From a bacterium (GTDB lineage: Bacteria; UBA8248), in the NCBI GenBank assembly GCA_965219955.1, contig OZ244799.1:2400001-2464000 (forward strand): a DNA stretch of 64,000 bases, read 5' to 3'. Position numbers and translations under genes: made by a program. The notes below the pieces were generated by a model. The model was not told where the DNA came from. It ran no database searches and saw only the letters and a program-made list of their open reading frames with translations. Positions 41,673-52,005 of the stretch are shown piece after piece. The number at the start of each line of letters is the position of its first letter. Positions within the stretch are counted from its first letter, which is position 1.

Positions 41673-42023
41673 ATGCCGTTTTACCGTTGGGACGAAATGA
41701 AGCGAAAAAACCTGGCGAGGCCGTCCGATTCAGAGGGCAGCATCATCATCGGCGAGCACGTCACGCTCAACCGCTCGGTGAGCCAGCCCGGCAAGCTGGC
41801 CCGCCCGCACACGCACGACTGCGAGCAACTCATCAACGTCGTCGAGGGAACCGCCTGGTTCCGCGTGGGGGACGAGGCAAAGACCGTCACGGCGGGCGAC
41901 ATCATCCACATCCCCGAGGGGACCGAGCACGAGTTCAAGAACGATGGCGACGGCGAATTCATCTACCTCTCGTTCAAGAACAAATCGGAAGGCTGGCCCC
42001 CGCCGACCGCGACGATGGACTAG
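41673..42023 (+). CDS. Cupin domain protein
   Basis: HTHDCEQ...GDIIHIPEGTEH; RBS AAGGAG. Confidence 0.9.
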   Translation: MPFYRWDEMKRKNLARPSDSEGSIIIGEHVTLNRSVSQPGKLARPHTHDCEQLINVVEGTAWFRVGDEAKTVTAGDIIHIPEGTEHEFKNDGDGEFIYLSFKNKSEGWPPPTATMD

Positions 42024-42101
42024 TTTTTCGCGTTCAACCCTGCGTGCAGTTCTCCAGGGTCAAACCCGACCGAGAAGCGATGAGACTTCACGCCCCCTTG
42101 A

Positions 42102-42436
42102 GGGGGTGGTTGAAAAAGCTATCCTCAAGGGGATACTGCCTGCGGCGCATTCGCCGCCCTTGCCCGTAATACCCTCCTCACCCCGAGTAGGCGCGCTTGC
42201 GCGCCGTATCGAGGGATCGCCCCTTCGATACGCGGCTCCGCCGCTACTCATGATGAGGGGTGTCGGGGAACGGCGGAGCCTGCCCCGCGCGAAGTCGAGG
42301 GGGCGGCTACTCAGGGTGAGGCAGATATGGGGGCATGCAAGACGAGGGTTTGACGCGACCGGTGAAGTCAGTTCCGGCTGAGAAAGGAGGAACTGCTTCA
42401 AACGCGCTCGCTCCCAGGGCCGACTTTTTCAACATC
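42102..42436. repeat. Composite MITE/REP-like repeat
   Basis: GGGGGTGGTTGAAAAAG...TTTTTCAACA with degenerate CTCA..GAGTAG..CTACTCA pairs. Confidence 0.8.
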
Positions 42437-42444
42437 GGGATGGA

Positions 42445-43578
42445 CTAGTTTTTCGCTTTAAGGCCCGCTTCGAGCTCTTCGGCGTCGATGGGGAGCTTCA
42501 CCACCTGCTTTCTCTTGGCGGATAAGTCGCACGCCATGCAGAGCATGAGGTTCCGGTGCCCCTCGGCCCCCGTGGCGTGGGGCATGTCCACGCCGGTGTA
42601 GAGGTGCGATAGCCAGGCGATGGACTCATCGCGCATCGGCCCCCAGAACTGCCCCTTTGACATATCTCCCGCCGGATAGCTCTCGAGCAGGTGGACGTGG
42701 CGCTCCTCCCCCCGGTGGGAGGCCAGCGGGTTCTCGGACGCCATGATGAAATCCGCATGGGTGTCGTCGATGGTGAGCGCGCCCTCGGTGCCCACCACGC
42801 TGATGGTGACGCCGTAGGTCGAGGCGGGCCAGATGGTGGGCATCCCCCAGTTGCACTCCATGCTCCAGATGGTCCCGTCGTCGAAGGTGAAGATGCTGAA
42901 GGTGGCGTCCTGCGTGCCGATGCCCGTCATCACCCGCGATATCGAGCGCGAGACGACCTCGACGGGCTTCTTCTCCGGCCCCATCACGAACAGCATGACG
43001 TCCAGCGCGTGGGTGCCGGATATCACCATCGGCGTCAGCATCGAGCGGTCCTCGTTCTTCGACAGCCGCGTGATGCCGACCTGGCGGTTCAGCAGCGCGC
43101 GCGTCGTGGCGGAGGTGACCTCGCCGAGTACGCCTGACTGCACGTGTTCGCGCGCCGTGAGCCAGCGCCTCCTGAAGCGCTGGGTGTAGCCCACGAGAAG
43201 CTCGGCGCCCGCCGCCTCGGCGGCCTCCACGATTCTGGCCGATTCCGCCACGCTCGTCGCCAGCGGCTTTTCCACGAGTATTTTGTGGCCCTGCGCTATC
43301 GACTCCCAGAGCGGCTTCGCGTGCCACTCCTCGTCCGTGGCGATGATGACGGCGTTGACCTCGGGGCGCTTGATGAGTTCGGCGAAATCGGTCGTGAAGA
43401 AATCGGCCCCGAACTCCCCGGCCATCGCCCTGCCCTTTTTCTCGTCGATGTCGCAGCAGCCGAGCCACTCCGTGCCCGGGTACTCCCTGGCGCAGCGCGC
43501 GCGTATGCGCCCCACACGGCCGCAGCCGACCACCGCCAGACCAATCGGATTCTTTCCGCCCCCCGAAACCGCCATCAT
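42445..43578 (-). CDS. Gfo/Idh/MocA oxidoreductase
   Basis: VVGCGRVG, EKPLA, GYTQRF; start uncertain. Confidence 0.9.
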   Translation of the reverse strand: MMAVSGGGKNPIGLAVVGCGRVGRIRARCAREYPGTEWLGCCDIDEKKGRAMAGEFGADFFTTDFAELIKRPEVNAVIIATDEEWHAKPLWESIAQGHKILVEKPLATSVAESARIVEAAEAAGAELLVGYTQRFRRRWLTAREHVQSGVLGEVTSATTRALLNRQVGITRLSKNEDRSMLTPMVISGTHALDVMLFVMGPEKKPVEVVSRSISRVMTGIGTQDATFSIFTFDDGTIWSMECNWGMPTIWPASTYGVTISVVGTEGALTIDDTHADFIMASENPLASHRGEERHVHLLESYPAGDMSKGQFWGPMRDESIAWLSHLYTGVDMPHATGAEGHRNLMLCMACDLSAKRKQVVKLPIDAEELEAGLKAKN

Positions 43579-43673
43579 CCTCTCCCGTGAAGTAATCAAG
43601 ACACATAAAAAAACGCCGGAGCCTCATCCGACGCCGTTTGCAGCAGGCGCAACGCCAAGTAGCGAAGATTCAC

Positions 43674-44783
43674 CTATCCAAAATCCTCAGGCGTTACCGG
43701 AAGCGGCACCGCCCGCCCGGTCCTGGCCGAATGATCCATCGCGAGGCACAGCATGAGGTTCTCGTGCGCCTCGCGCGCGGTGGTGTGCGGCGTGGGGACG
43801 CCGAGAAATATCCTGTCAAACCACGAGCGCGTCTCCTCGCGCATGGGGCCCCAGAGCTGATCGAACACCAGATCACCCGGCGGGTAGCTGGTGAGAAAAC
43901 TCACGTTGCGCTCCTGCTTCAGGCGCGCGGATTCGTGCGGCTCCGCCGTGGCGAAGACGATGTCGCGGTGCGTGTCGTCTATCGTGAGCACGCCTCCGGT
44001 GCCCACGATCCCCAGTTCCAGCGAATAGACCTCCGCCGGCCAGACGCGCGGCAGCGCCCAACTCACGTTCATGCTCCATATCGTCCCGTCCTCATAGGTG
44101 ACGATGGCGAAGGTGGAATCTTTCGTCAGATAGGGCGCCATCGCCTTGTCCACCGAGCGCGCGTACACCTCGACCGGGCGGTGACCCTCCAGGAGCCAGG
44201 AGCACAGATCGACGCTGTGCGTGCCGGAGATGACCATGGGGGTGAATTTCGTGGGGAATTCGGTTTTGGTGGAATTCGCCACCGGGTTCATGCGGTTCAG
44301 GAAAGCGCGGCCCGTTACGGAGGAGACGTCGCCCAGCTCGCCCGAGCGAATCTTCTCCTTCGCCACCAGAAAGCGGCGGCGGAACCGCTGCGTATAGCCC
44401 AGGACGGCGTCTATGCCCGCCTCGTCGACGGCGCGCACCAGCTTTTCGGATTCTTCAGCATCCACCGCCAGGGGCTTTTCGATCAGCATCCGGTGGCCGC
44501 GTTCGACGCCGATGAGGATGGGCTCGAGCCGCTCGTTGGCGTAGGTGGCCAGAACCGTGGCGTTCACCTCATCGCGCTTCAGGAGTTCGCGGTAATCGGT
44601 CGTGAAAAAATCGGCGGACACGTCTTCGGCCAGTTTCCGGCCCACGTTCTCGTCGATGTCGCACAGGCCGATCCACTCGACCGCCGCGTTCTGTCGGGCG
44701 AACTCCGCGCGGATGCGCCCGATCTTCCCGCATCCCACCACGGCCAGGCCGATGGGCTTTCTCGTCTCGTTCGTTGCGTTCAC
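43674..44783 (-). CDS. Gfo/Idh/MocA oxidoreductase (tandem paralogue)
   Basis: VVGCGKIG, EKPLA, GYTQRF, TPMVISGTH shared with neighbour; GTG start. Confidence 0.9.
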   Translation of the reverse strand: MNATNETRKPIGLAVVGCGKIGRIRAEFARQNAAVEWIGLCDIDENVGRKLAEDVSADFFTTDYRELLKRDEVNATVLATYANERLEPILIGVERGHRMLIEKPLAVDAEESEKLVRAVDEAGIDAVLGYTQRFRRRFLVAKEKIRSGELGDVSSVTGRAFLNRMNPVANSTKTEFPTKFTPMVISGTHSVDLCSWLLEGHRPVEVYARSVDKAMAPYLTKDSTFAIVTYEDGTIWSMNVSWALPRVWPAEVYSLELGIVGTGGVLTIDDTHRDIVFATAEPHESARLKQERNVSFLTSYPPGDLVFDQLWGPMREETRSWFDRIFLGVPTPHTTAREAHENLMLCLAMDHSARTGRAVPLPVTPEDFG

Positions 44784-44940
44784 GAAACTCACCTTTCTCG
44801 GGGTGTCCGATTCAAAACGGGCGCATCTTCCCACCCGAGCCCGGCCAGGTGCAAGCGGGGGCTCGCTTCAGGCCGGAACGCAGTGGATGCTCTTTTGCAG
44901 GTCTTCAGATAGGACGGCGAGCACCTCAGGGACGAGGGGT

Positions 44941-45526
44941 TGGGCTGTTGAAGAAGCCTGCAATGCCGGGATTGCCGTCATTCGGGCATTATTTCCGACC
45001 AAGGCGGGAGGAGACATCGCTCCCTTCCCTTATCGTGTGCTTTACAATCACTCCCCCCTTGAGGGGGAGTCGGTGAGGTAAGGGCGCAAGCCCGCAAGCG
45101 AACCGGTGGGGGGAGCTTTTGTTTTTAGAATCGTCCCCCCACCACATCGGCCTTCGCACAAACCGCTCGGCCTCTGTGACTCCCCCTCAAGGGGGGAGTG
45201 GTTGGTTGTTGCTCTGCAAGGGAGAAGTAAAGTTCCATCCCTCCATGGTCGGCTCCATATGTGGAATCACCATATCAGGACTTTTTCAACAACCCCTTGT
45301 CAGGGGGGGTAGTAGCGATGCCCCCCGACGGGGGTTTTTCAACAGCCCCGTATGCATCCCCTAGAAACCGCCAACGCCTCTTTCCTCACCCTGAGTAGCC
45401 GCCGAAGGCGGCGTATCGAAGGGCGGGGGGAGTCGAACGCCTCGCGCCAGACCGAGAGGGCCATCCTTCGATACGCGGCTCCGCCGCTACTCAGGATGAG
45501 GCGGAGAGAGGATTTTCACCAGCCCC
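44941..45526. repeat. Nested composite MITE/REP-like repeat
   Basis: One left end and three right ends; intact CACTCCCCCCTTGAGGGGGAGTC...GACTCCCCCTCAAGGGGGGAGTG pair at 45049-45200. Confidence 0.85.
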
Positions 45527-45640
45527 GGTCGCAACTCCTGCAACCGGTTCCTGCAGGCGATCATGATGATGACGGGAAGCGCCAGCCCGACGAGGTTCTG
45601 CTGGTATTCGATGCCCTGATCGACCGTGAGGAAAGCGCCG
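45527..45640 (-). pseudogene. Remnant of DUF5615/PIN-like toxin
   Basis: Minus strand reads AFLTVDQGIEYQQNLVGLALPVIIMIACRNRLQELRP with no N-terminus, cut at a repeat end. Confidence 0.6.
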
Positions 45641-45642
45641 GA

Positions 45643-45825
45643 TTAGCGTTCGAGCGCTTCGAGCGCCTGCTCGCGCGACACCGTCGGGAAGTCTTCCAGA
45701 AAATCGTCGAGCCTGTCGCCCGCTTCGAGGTGCTCCATCAGGGTGCGCACGGGAACCCTGGTGCCTGCGAAAACCGGAATCCCGCCCAAGATATCCGGGT
45801 TTCTCTCGATTAGCGTATCGGACAT
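45643..45825 (-). CDS. DUF433 domain antitoxin
   Basis: NPDILGGIPVFAGTRVPV...FLEDFPTVSREQ; RBS GAGGAG. Confidence 0.9.
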   Translation of the reverse strand: MSDTLIERNPDILGGIPVFAGTRVPVRTLMEHLEAGDRLDDFLEDFPTVSREQALEALER

Positions 45826-46036
45826 CGCACACTCCTCGGAGGTGGGGCGTCAGAAAGCATCAACAACCGCTTCAGAGTTTCTATTCTTCACCAAACTTCC
45901 TCCCTGCACAACTGGCGCCGAAGTACGGGATCGTGGCGCAAGCTGCGGCTTGAAGGCCCCCGCGGTTCCAAAAATCCGCGTTTCATCGGAGAATGGGCCA
46001 TTCTCAAGAAACCCGAATCCCGAAAGGAGCGAAACC

Positions 46037-46681
46037 GTGTCCCGCGTACCCATGCTCGAATCAGGCGCCGACGACCCCGTCGTGAACCACCTCTTCGACC
46101 ACGCGAGCGTCCTGCTGAACCGCATCCCCAACGCCTGGCGCGTGATGGCGAACCAGCCCTACATCACGAAGTTCATGCTGCCGCTCACCTCCTCGCTCCT
46201 GCGCCAGGGGCTGGGCTCGGCCCTCGACACGAGGACGAAGGAGATCGCCATCATCAACACCAGCCGGCTCAACAACTGCGCCTACTGACTGGCGCACAAT
46301 ACGCCGGTTGGTCAATCGGTGGGCATCACGGAGACGGATATCGCCGCCATCAGCGAGGGCGACTACAGCGCTTTCTCCGAAAAAGAGCGCGCCGTCCTGC
46401 TCTGGGCGGAGCACGTGACTCTCAACACGGCCAGAGAGCGGGACGACGTTTTCGAGGCAGTGAAAAAACATTTCACGGACTCTGAAATCGTGGAACTCAC
46501 CATGGTCATCACCTACTTCAACATGAGGAACAAGTTCAACGACGCGCTGGGGATTCCCATCGAGGCGCAAGATGAGATCGACAGGAACAAGATTCGCCAA
46601 AAAAATCCAGACGACCTGAAGGCGTATCTCGAAGCCCTGCTCGCCGACTGGCCGGATGAATTCCCCGAGGCGGGAAGCTGA
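46037..46681 (+). CDS. AhpD/carboxymuconolactone decarboxylase family protein, probable selenoprotein (UGA 46286-46288 = Sec)
   Basis: GTG after AAAGGAG; KEIAII..S..NNCAY-TGA-LAH continuing in frame into FSEKERAVL...EIVEL...NKFN; SECIS-like hairpin. Confidence 0.85.
46303..46320 (+). promoter_or_regulatory. Bacterial SECIS-like hairpin
   Basis: CCGGTT-GGTC-AATCGG; loop begins 21 nt after the UGA. Confidence 0.7.
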
Positions 46682-46762
46682 GGCCGATCTTCGCAAATGG
46701 TGATAGAGATCGTAATCTGTTACAACATGAAGAATTACATGGGGCGGTTATGAGGACAGGCC

Positions 46763-46978
46763 ATGAAACTTCATTATTATCCCGAAACCGATAGCCTCTA
46801 TATCGAGTTCAGAACCGAACCAGGTGCGGAAACGCGCGAAGTTTCCGACGGACTCAATGTGGACATCGCCGCCGATGGCGGCGTGGTCGGCTTCGACATT
46901 GACCACGCGTCGCGGCGGATCGACTTATCCACACTGGAAACTGAAGCACTGCCCCTTCACTCCATAAAAGCCATTTGA
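46763..46978 (+). CDS. DUF2283 domain protein
   Basis: MKLHYYPETDSLYIEF...VVGFDIDHAS. Confidence 0.88.
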   Translation: MKLHYYPETDSLYIEFRTEPGAETREVSDGLNVDIAADGGVVGFDIDHASRRIDLSTLETEALPLHSIKAI

Positions 46979-47069
46979 TATACGGCGCGGAAATCGAACA
47001 CCCTCAAAATTACTGGTCCATGAAAAAGCCCTGCGAATCCGATGAATTCCCCGAGGCGGGAAGCGGCGC

Positions 47070-48416
47070 ATGACGAAAACGCTCATCCGAAACGCTGCGA
47101 TTCTCTCGATGGACCCCGAGGTCGGGGAGATCGAAAGCGGCGACGTCCTGATCGAGAACGGGCTGATTTCCGCAGTGGGTGAAAACCTCCCGGAAGCGGA
47201 CGCGGAGACCATCGACGCCGGCGGCATGATCCTCCTGCCCGGCCTCATCAACGCCCACATGCACACCTGGCAGACCGCGCTTCGCGGCCTGGGCGGAGAC
47301 TGGGGCGGGCGCAGCTATTTCGAGATAGCGCACGAAACCCTCGCCCCGCGCTACCGCCCCGAGGACGTCTACATCGCGACGCTGGTGGGCGCGTGGGCGC
47401 AGATCGAATCGGGCGCCACGACGCTGTTCGACTGGTGCCACAACAACCCCACCCCCGAACACACCGACGCAGGCATCGACGCGTTGTTCGACGCCGGCAT
47501 CCGCGCCCTATTCGGGCACGGAACGCCCAAGCCGAAGCCCAAAGAGGGCGAGCCCCACTATTCGCTAATCCCGCATCCGGTAAGCGAGATCAAGCGGCTG
47601 CGGACGGGACGCCTGGCCAGTGACGATGGGCTCATCACGCTGGCGATGGCCATTCTGGGCGCCGACTACTCCCCACTGGAAGTGGCGCTCCACGACATGC
47701 GTCTGGCGCGCGAATACGGGCTTTTATCGAGCGCGCACATCTGGGGCGACGCGAGCAGGAAGGTGAAGGGCGGCTACCACACGCTGGCCGAAGAGGGGGT
47801 GCTCGGCCCCGATCACAACCTCGTGCACTGCAACTACGTGGACGATGCGGAGCTGAAAATCATCATCGACTCGGGCGCCTCCATCACGGCCACGCCTTCG
47901 GCCGAGATGCAGACGAACCGGGGCGAGGCCGTCTGCGGGCGCGTGAGCGCGCTGGGCGGCAGGCCGTCGCTCGGCGTGGATTTGGAGACCTACGTGAGCG
48001 GGAACATGCTCCACGCCATGCGCCACGCTTTACAAGTGCAGCGGATTTTCGACAACCGCCGCCTGGATGAGAACACCTACCGCGCGCCCGCGCTTTCTTT
48101 CTCGGCGCGCGACGCGCTCGCCTGGGCCACCATCAACAACGCGCACGCGATGGGCATGGCGGAGAGAATCGGCTCGGTCACGCCCGGCAAGCAGGCCGAC
48201 CTCGTCCTCATCCGAAAGGACGGCCTCGCCATGACGCCCGCAGGAGACGCAGCCCGCGCCGTCGTCTTCTATGCGGAGCGCTCGGACGTGGATACCGTCT
48301 TCATCGCCGGAAAGAAGGTGAAAGCGGGCGGTGAGCTGCTCGTCGACTCAGGAAAAATCGCAAAAGCGAAGGAGCGGCTCGCCGAATCCGCGCGGTGGAT
48401 TACGGGAGCTACTTGA
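47070..48416 (+). CDS. Amidohydrolase (SsnA/MtaD-like deaminase)
   Basis: PGLINAHMH, NLVH, SLGVD, GSVTPGKQAD. Confidence 0.92.
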   Translation: MTKTLIRNAAILSMDPEVGEIESGDVLIENGLISAVGENLPEADAETIDAGGMILLPGLINAHMHTWQTALRGLGGDWGGRSYFEIAHETLAPRYRPEDVYIATLVGAWAQIESGATTLFDWCHNNPTPEHTDAGIDALFDAGIRALFGHGTPKPKPKEGEPHYSLIPHPVSEIKRLRTGRLASDDGLITLAMAILGADYSPLEVALHDMRLAREYGLLSSAHIWGDASRKVKGGYHTLAEEGVLGPDHNLVHCNYVDDAELKIIIDSGASITATPSAEMQTNRGEAVCGRVSALGGRPSLGVDLETYVSGNMLHAMRHALQVQRIFDNRRLDENTYRAPALSFSARDALAWATINNAHAMGMAERIGSVTPGKQADLVLIRKDGLAMTPAGDAARAVVFYAERSDVDTVFIAGKKVKAGGELLVDSGKIAKAKERLAESARWITGAT

Positions 48417-48789
48417 ATGGAAGAATGCGAAATTTTGACGGACGAGAAATTCATCGTCAACTCTGCCGAAGAACGAAAAATGGCATGAGGGATCAACTTT
48501 GCTTCATTGAGACGCTCTTGAAAAAGTGAAATATTAGGCGGTGGGTGTTTCTTCTTGCGCTGGACGGCTGGAAGAGCGAAAAGAAAAACGGTATGGTCAG
48601 TCTTCATTGGAGTGGCGATTTTGTTGCTCAGATAGAAAGATACAATCACCATGAATTCCTTCACGATTCCAACGAATTGCAGCATACTCGTTAACCTAAT
48701 ACTGGGCCCAAGATGAATAATTCGGGCTAAACCTGTCGGGAAGTTACACTTAAAAACCCGACTCACAAGCAAAAGAAAGATTGGTGGCC

Positions 48790-49719
48790 ATGAAAATCGT
48801 ATCAGTAATAAATTATAAAGGCGGTGTCGGAAAGACTTCATTGACAGCTAATCTTGCTGCTGAGTTGGCATGGCGAGATCATAATGTTCTTATGATTGAT
48901 TTGGATGCTCAAGCGAGTTTGACATTCTCGTTCATAGCTCCAGATGATTGGCAGAATAATTATTCAGAAAGCAGAACTATCAAGAGTTGGTTCGACTCGT
49001 TCGAATCTGGGACGCCTTTGCCGCTTTCAGATATTATCTTTACGCCGAATCGAATCGCAGAAGCATTAAATCCACGAAATGGGCAGGTTGATTTGATCCC
49101 ATCTCACCTAGGTCTAATCAACGTCGATCTCGAATTGGCTACAAAACTAGGAGGAGCGAACCTTACGCAAGCAAAGCGCAACTTTCTCTCTGTGCACAGT
49201 ATGCTTTCTAGGGGATTGGACGAAGTCGATGCGGACAAGTACGACGTGGCACTCATTGATTGCCCGCCGAATTTCAATATTGTAACCAAGACTGCAATTA
49301 TTGCCAGCAACTACATTTTAGTTCCTGCGCGTCCTGATTATCTATCGACACTGGGGATAGATTATTTGATTCGGAGTACAAACACACTTATTGATGAGTA
49401 TAATGAGTACGCTGAGTTGGATGCGGGCGGAGAAACGGATTCAATCGATCCTAGAATTCTGTATGTGGTGTTCACTATGATCCAGGAATACGGAGGTCAA
49501 CCTATATCGACACAAAGGCCATTTATAGCTCAGGCCCGCCGTTTGTCCGGTGTTGACGTAATGGAACCTTATATCAAACGGAACGACACAATATTTGGGG
49601 ATTCTCCGCAATTTGGTATTCCTCCTGTTCTCAAGGGATACAATTCTGGTAGCCACCAGAGCGTCGTTGCGGGTCTTGAGGCCGTTACAGATACCTTTAT
49701 TAAGGGGATAGGCCTATGA
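48790..49719 (+). CDS. ParA/Soj family ATPase (low GC)
   Basis: NYKGGVGKT, IDLDAQAS, IDCPP, PDYLS. Confidence 0.92.
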   Translation: MKIVSVINYKGGVGKTSLTANLAAELAWRDHNVLMIDLDAQASLTFSFIAPDDWQNNYSESRTIKSWFDSFESGTPLPLSDIIFTPNRIAEALNPRNGQVDLIPSHLGLINVDLELATKLGGANLTQAKRNFLSVHSMLSRGLDEVDADKYDVALIDCPPNFNIVTKTAIIASNYILVPARPDYLSTLGIDYLIRSTNTLIDEYNEYAELDAGGETDSIDPRILYVVFTMIQEYGGQPISTQRPFIAQARRLSGVDVMEPYIKRNDTIFGDSPQFGIPPVLKGYNSGSHQSVVAGLEAVTDTFIKGIGL

Positions 49720-50150
49720 CAAGAAAAAGTAACAAGAGGTCGCCCGGCAACTCCGGAGACATTGGCATACTTCTGAGGAAATTAGCGGATTTAGTCGAAA
49801 GATCGTCGGCAGATGAGATCGATGCTCTATTGCGGGGCAATGGTAAGCTCCGGATTTACGAAGTGAGAACAGCATCAAGAGTGTTAGGTACAAAGTGTCG
49901 CCATTCGTATTCTGATACGGCGTTTTCGGAAGTCTCGGAAAAACTACATGCTTCCCAAACGCGGGAGGCGGGTAGGGAATTGTTGGGCAATGAATTTCCA
50001 ACCAAAGTAGCAATTGAAAAGTTTGCTCGTTTTCTAGATCTACCTGTTCACCGAACTGATACAATTGATACCCTTCGCGATAAAATTGTCGAATCTGAGA
50101 TTGGTTCCAAGTTGCGCTCTGATGCGGTGCAAGGAAGAAAAGTTAAATAA
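49716..50150 (+). CDS. Hypothetical protein coupled to ParA gene
   Basis: ATGA overlap with ParA stop; same low GC. Confidence 0.7.
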   Translation: MTRKSNKRSPGNSGDIGILLRKLADLVERSSADEIDALLRGNGKLRIYEVRTASRVLGTKCRHSYSDTAFSEVSEKLHASQTREAGRELLGNEFPTKVAIEKFARFLDLPVHRTDTIDTLRDKIVESEIGSKLRSDAVQGRKVK

Positions 50151-50203
50151 TTTGTCAATGCCAATTCAACTCGTCTACACCGCGTTGAGGGCGTAATCAA
50201 GAC

Positions 50204-50340
50204 CAACCGCCGCCTGGATGAGAGCACCTACCGCGCGCCTGCACTTTCTTTTTCGGCGGGCGGCGAGCTGCTCGTCGACTCGGGAAAAATCGCCCGGGAG
50301 AAGGAGCAACTCGCCGAATCCGCACGGTGGATTACGGGAG
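50204..50340 (+). repeat. Degenerate, internally deleted copy of the amidohydrolase 3' end
   Basis: Matches 48053-48107 joined to 48324-48408. Confidence 0.85.
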
Positions 50341-50657
50341 GGGGTTAAAGCGGAAATAGTCGTCGTTCCCGACCGCGGAAGAAGGATTGCGCAGGGACGG
50401 TCCTCCGCGTGGTCCTGAACACGAAGGTGCGGTCCGTGAACAGGCCGAACGTCGGGAGACAGACGCGGAGGCCGACCCTACGCAATGTGTTTCTGATGGT
50501 CATTCCTCTCGCTTGGCAAGGGCGAGGATGATTACTCATTGAAATACTTGATTGCGCCTGGCCCTCTTAACGGAATATGCAGACGACGGCGCAATGGAAA
50601 CAAACGGTACCGCTTGACCAGAGCACTCAACTTCGAAATCAAAGACGAATTGAATCC

Positions 50658-51194
50658 TCACTTTGTGACAGCACCTGTTTTACCAGCATCTCCGCCTTGG
50701 CCGTCTCCTTTTCCCTGTTCTGCTATTGGAGGAAACCCTTTTGATTTCAGGCACGTTTTAACGACTTCTTTTGTAGTGCGCAATTTCAGCGGATCTGCAA
50801 ATGTCGTTTGATTAAGAGTTGCTGTCGTCAGCTTTGATGCCAAATCCCCCCAAAGAAATTCTCCGGATAGAATCGAAATAATATCCGCCAGCATTACCGC
50901 GAACGATGTGTGCGCCTTTACCAAACATTCAGCATGGGCCTTCTCACTTCCCTGCTTAGCCTCCTTTTGAACTTCGCTATCAGGAATTGACTCACTTTTC
51001 GCTAGAGCGTGGAATTGTTTTGGGGTAATTCGCCCTTCAGATAATATCTTAGCTTGCTCAGCAACTACTATACCCCGTTTTTTGGAAGCCTGTTTAATTT
51101 CCGTTTTTTTCTGCTTCAGCGAGAACTGATCTACTTTCGGAACGCAACCTGACGCCATAAGGACGATACAAATCAAAAACAGCAATCTTTTCAT
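50658..51194 (-). CDS. Hypothetical lipoprotein (low GC)
   Basis: MKRLLFLICIVLMASGC lipobox; RBS AGGAG; AT-rich upstream region. Confidence 0.75.
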   Translation of the reverse strand: MKRLLFLICIVLMASGCVPKVDQFSLKQKKTEIKQASKKRGIVVAEQAKILSEGRITPKQFHALAKSESIPDSEVQKEAKQGSEKAHAECLVKAHTSFAVMLADIISILSGEFLWGDLASKLTTATLNQTTFADPLKLRTTKEVVKTCLKSKGFPPIAEQGKGDGQGGDAGKTGAVTK

Positions 51195-51711
51195 TATCTT
51201 CTCCTTTTTAGAGTCTTTTTTCCGGGTGACCCTTTATTTCTAATGAATTGTCAGATTTTCCGCCGGACGAAATCACAAATCTCCGATCACGTTTTTTTAC
51301 CTGTTTACGGTGAATCTTCACTCAGTTTCAGAGAAGCCCATCGCCAGCAACTGGCGATATTAATCATAAAATATTGAATATAATTCATATTACTTTACAT
51401 TGAATTATTATAATGTCAAACAGAAGCTAGTTTTGAAATTCCAAAATCCCCACATACTCATCACTTCACACTCCGCGCACCCTCCCTTCCACAAATATTG
51501 CGGCGCGGTGTTTCAACATTCAAACTGGAGGGAATAACACTGCAAGACAGGTTTTTCGGAGAAAGAAAAACAGCGATTCACGGGAACCGGCCCACCCGCA
51601 AACGGGCGCATCGCACCGCCGGCCATCGATATGCCAGAAAATTGTTCTAAGGGTTTTGGGGGAGGTTACGGATCAGAAGAGGTGAAACCCCTTATCGTCT
51701 ATGCTCAAGAT

Positions 51712-52005
51712 TCACCCCCCGTTGTTCCGCGCGCCGCGTCTGCGTCCATCGCTACTGCGTCCGCTGCGCCAGCGGGTGACGTGAATGACCAGAACGACGA
51801 GGGCGTCTTCCTGCACTTCATAAATCACACGGAATTCGCCGACGATGAGCCGCCTGAGTCCCCGCTCCTCTCCCTTGAGCGCGCGACCCAGTAGCGGTTG
51901 CTCCGCCAGTCGGTCGATGGCCTCGACAATTCGCGTGCGATCCGCCTGTTCGAGGCGTTCCAACTCCCTGGCAGCGCTTTGTTTAATTTGTATCGAGAAA
52001 TTCAC
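51712..52005 (-). CDS. RelE/ParE family toxin
   Basis: SAARELERL...ALKG...RRLIVGEFRVIYEV; C-terminus atypical. Confidence 0.85.
   Translation of the reverse strand: MNFSIQIKQSAARELERLEQADRTRIVEAIDRLAEQPLLGRALKGEERGLRRLIVGEFRVIYEVQEDALVVLVIHVTRWRSGRSSDGRRRGARNNGG

Noticed and set aside
48790-50150. Plasmid or prophage partition locus
   Set aside because: No ParB, Rep, integrase or phage genes nearby.
50355-50482. Possible structured ncRNA or riboswitch
   Set aside because: The pairing (CCTCCGCGT/ACGCGGAGG ending CCCTAC) fits a degenerate GTAG-type REP doublet.
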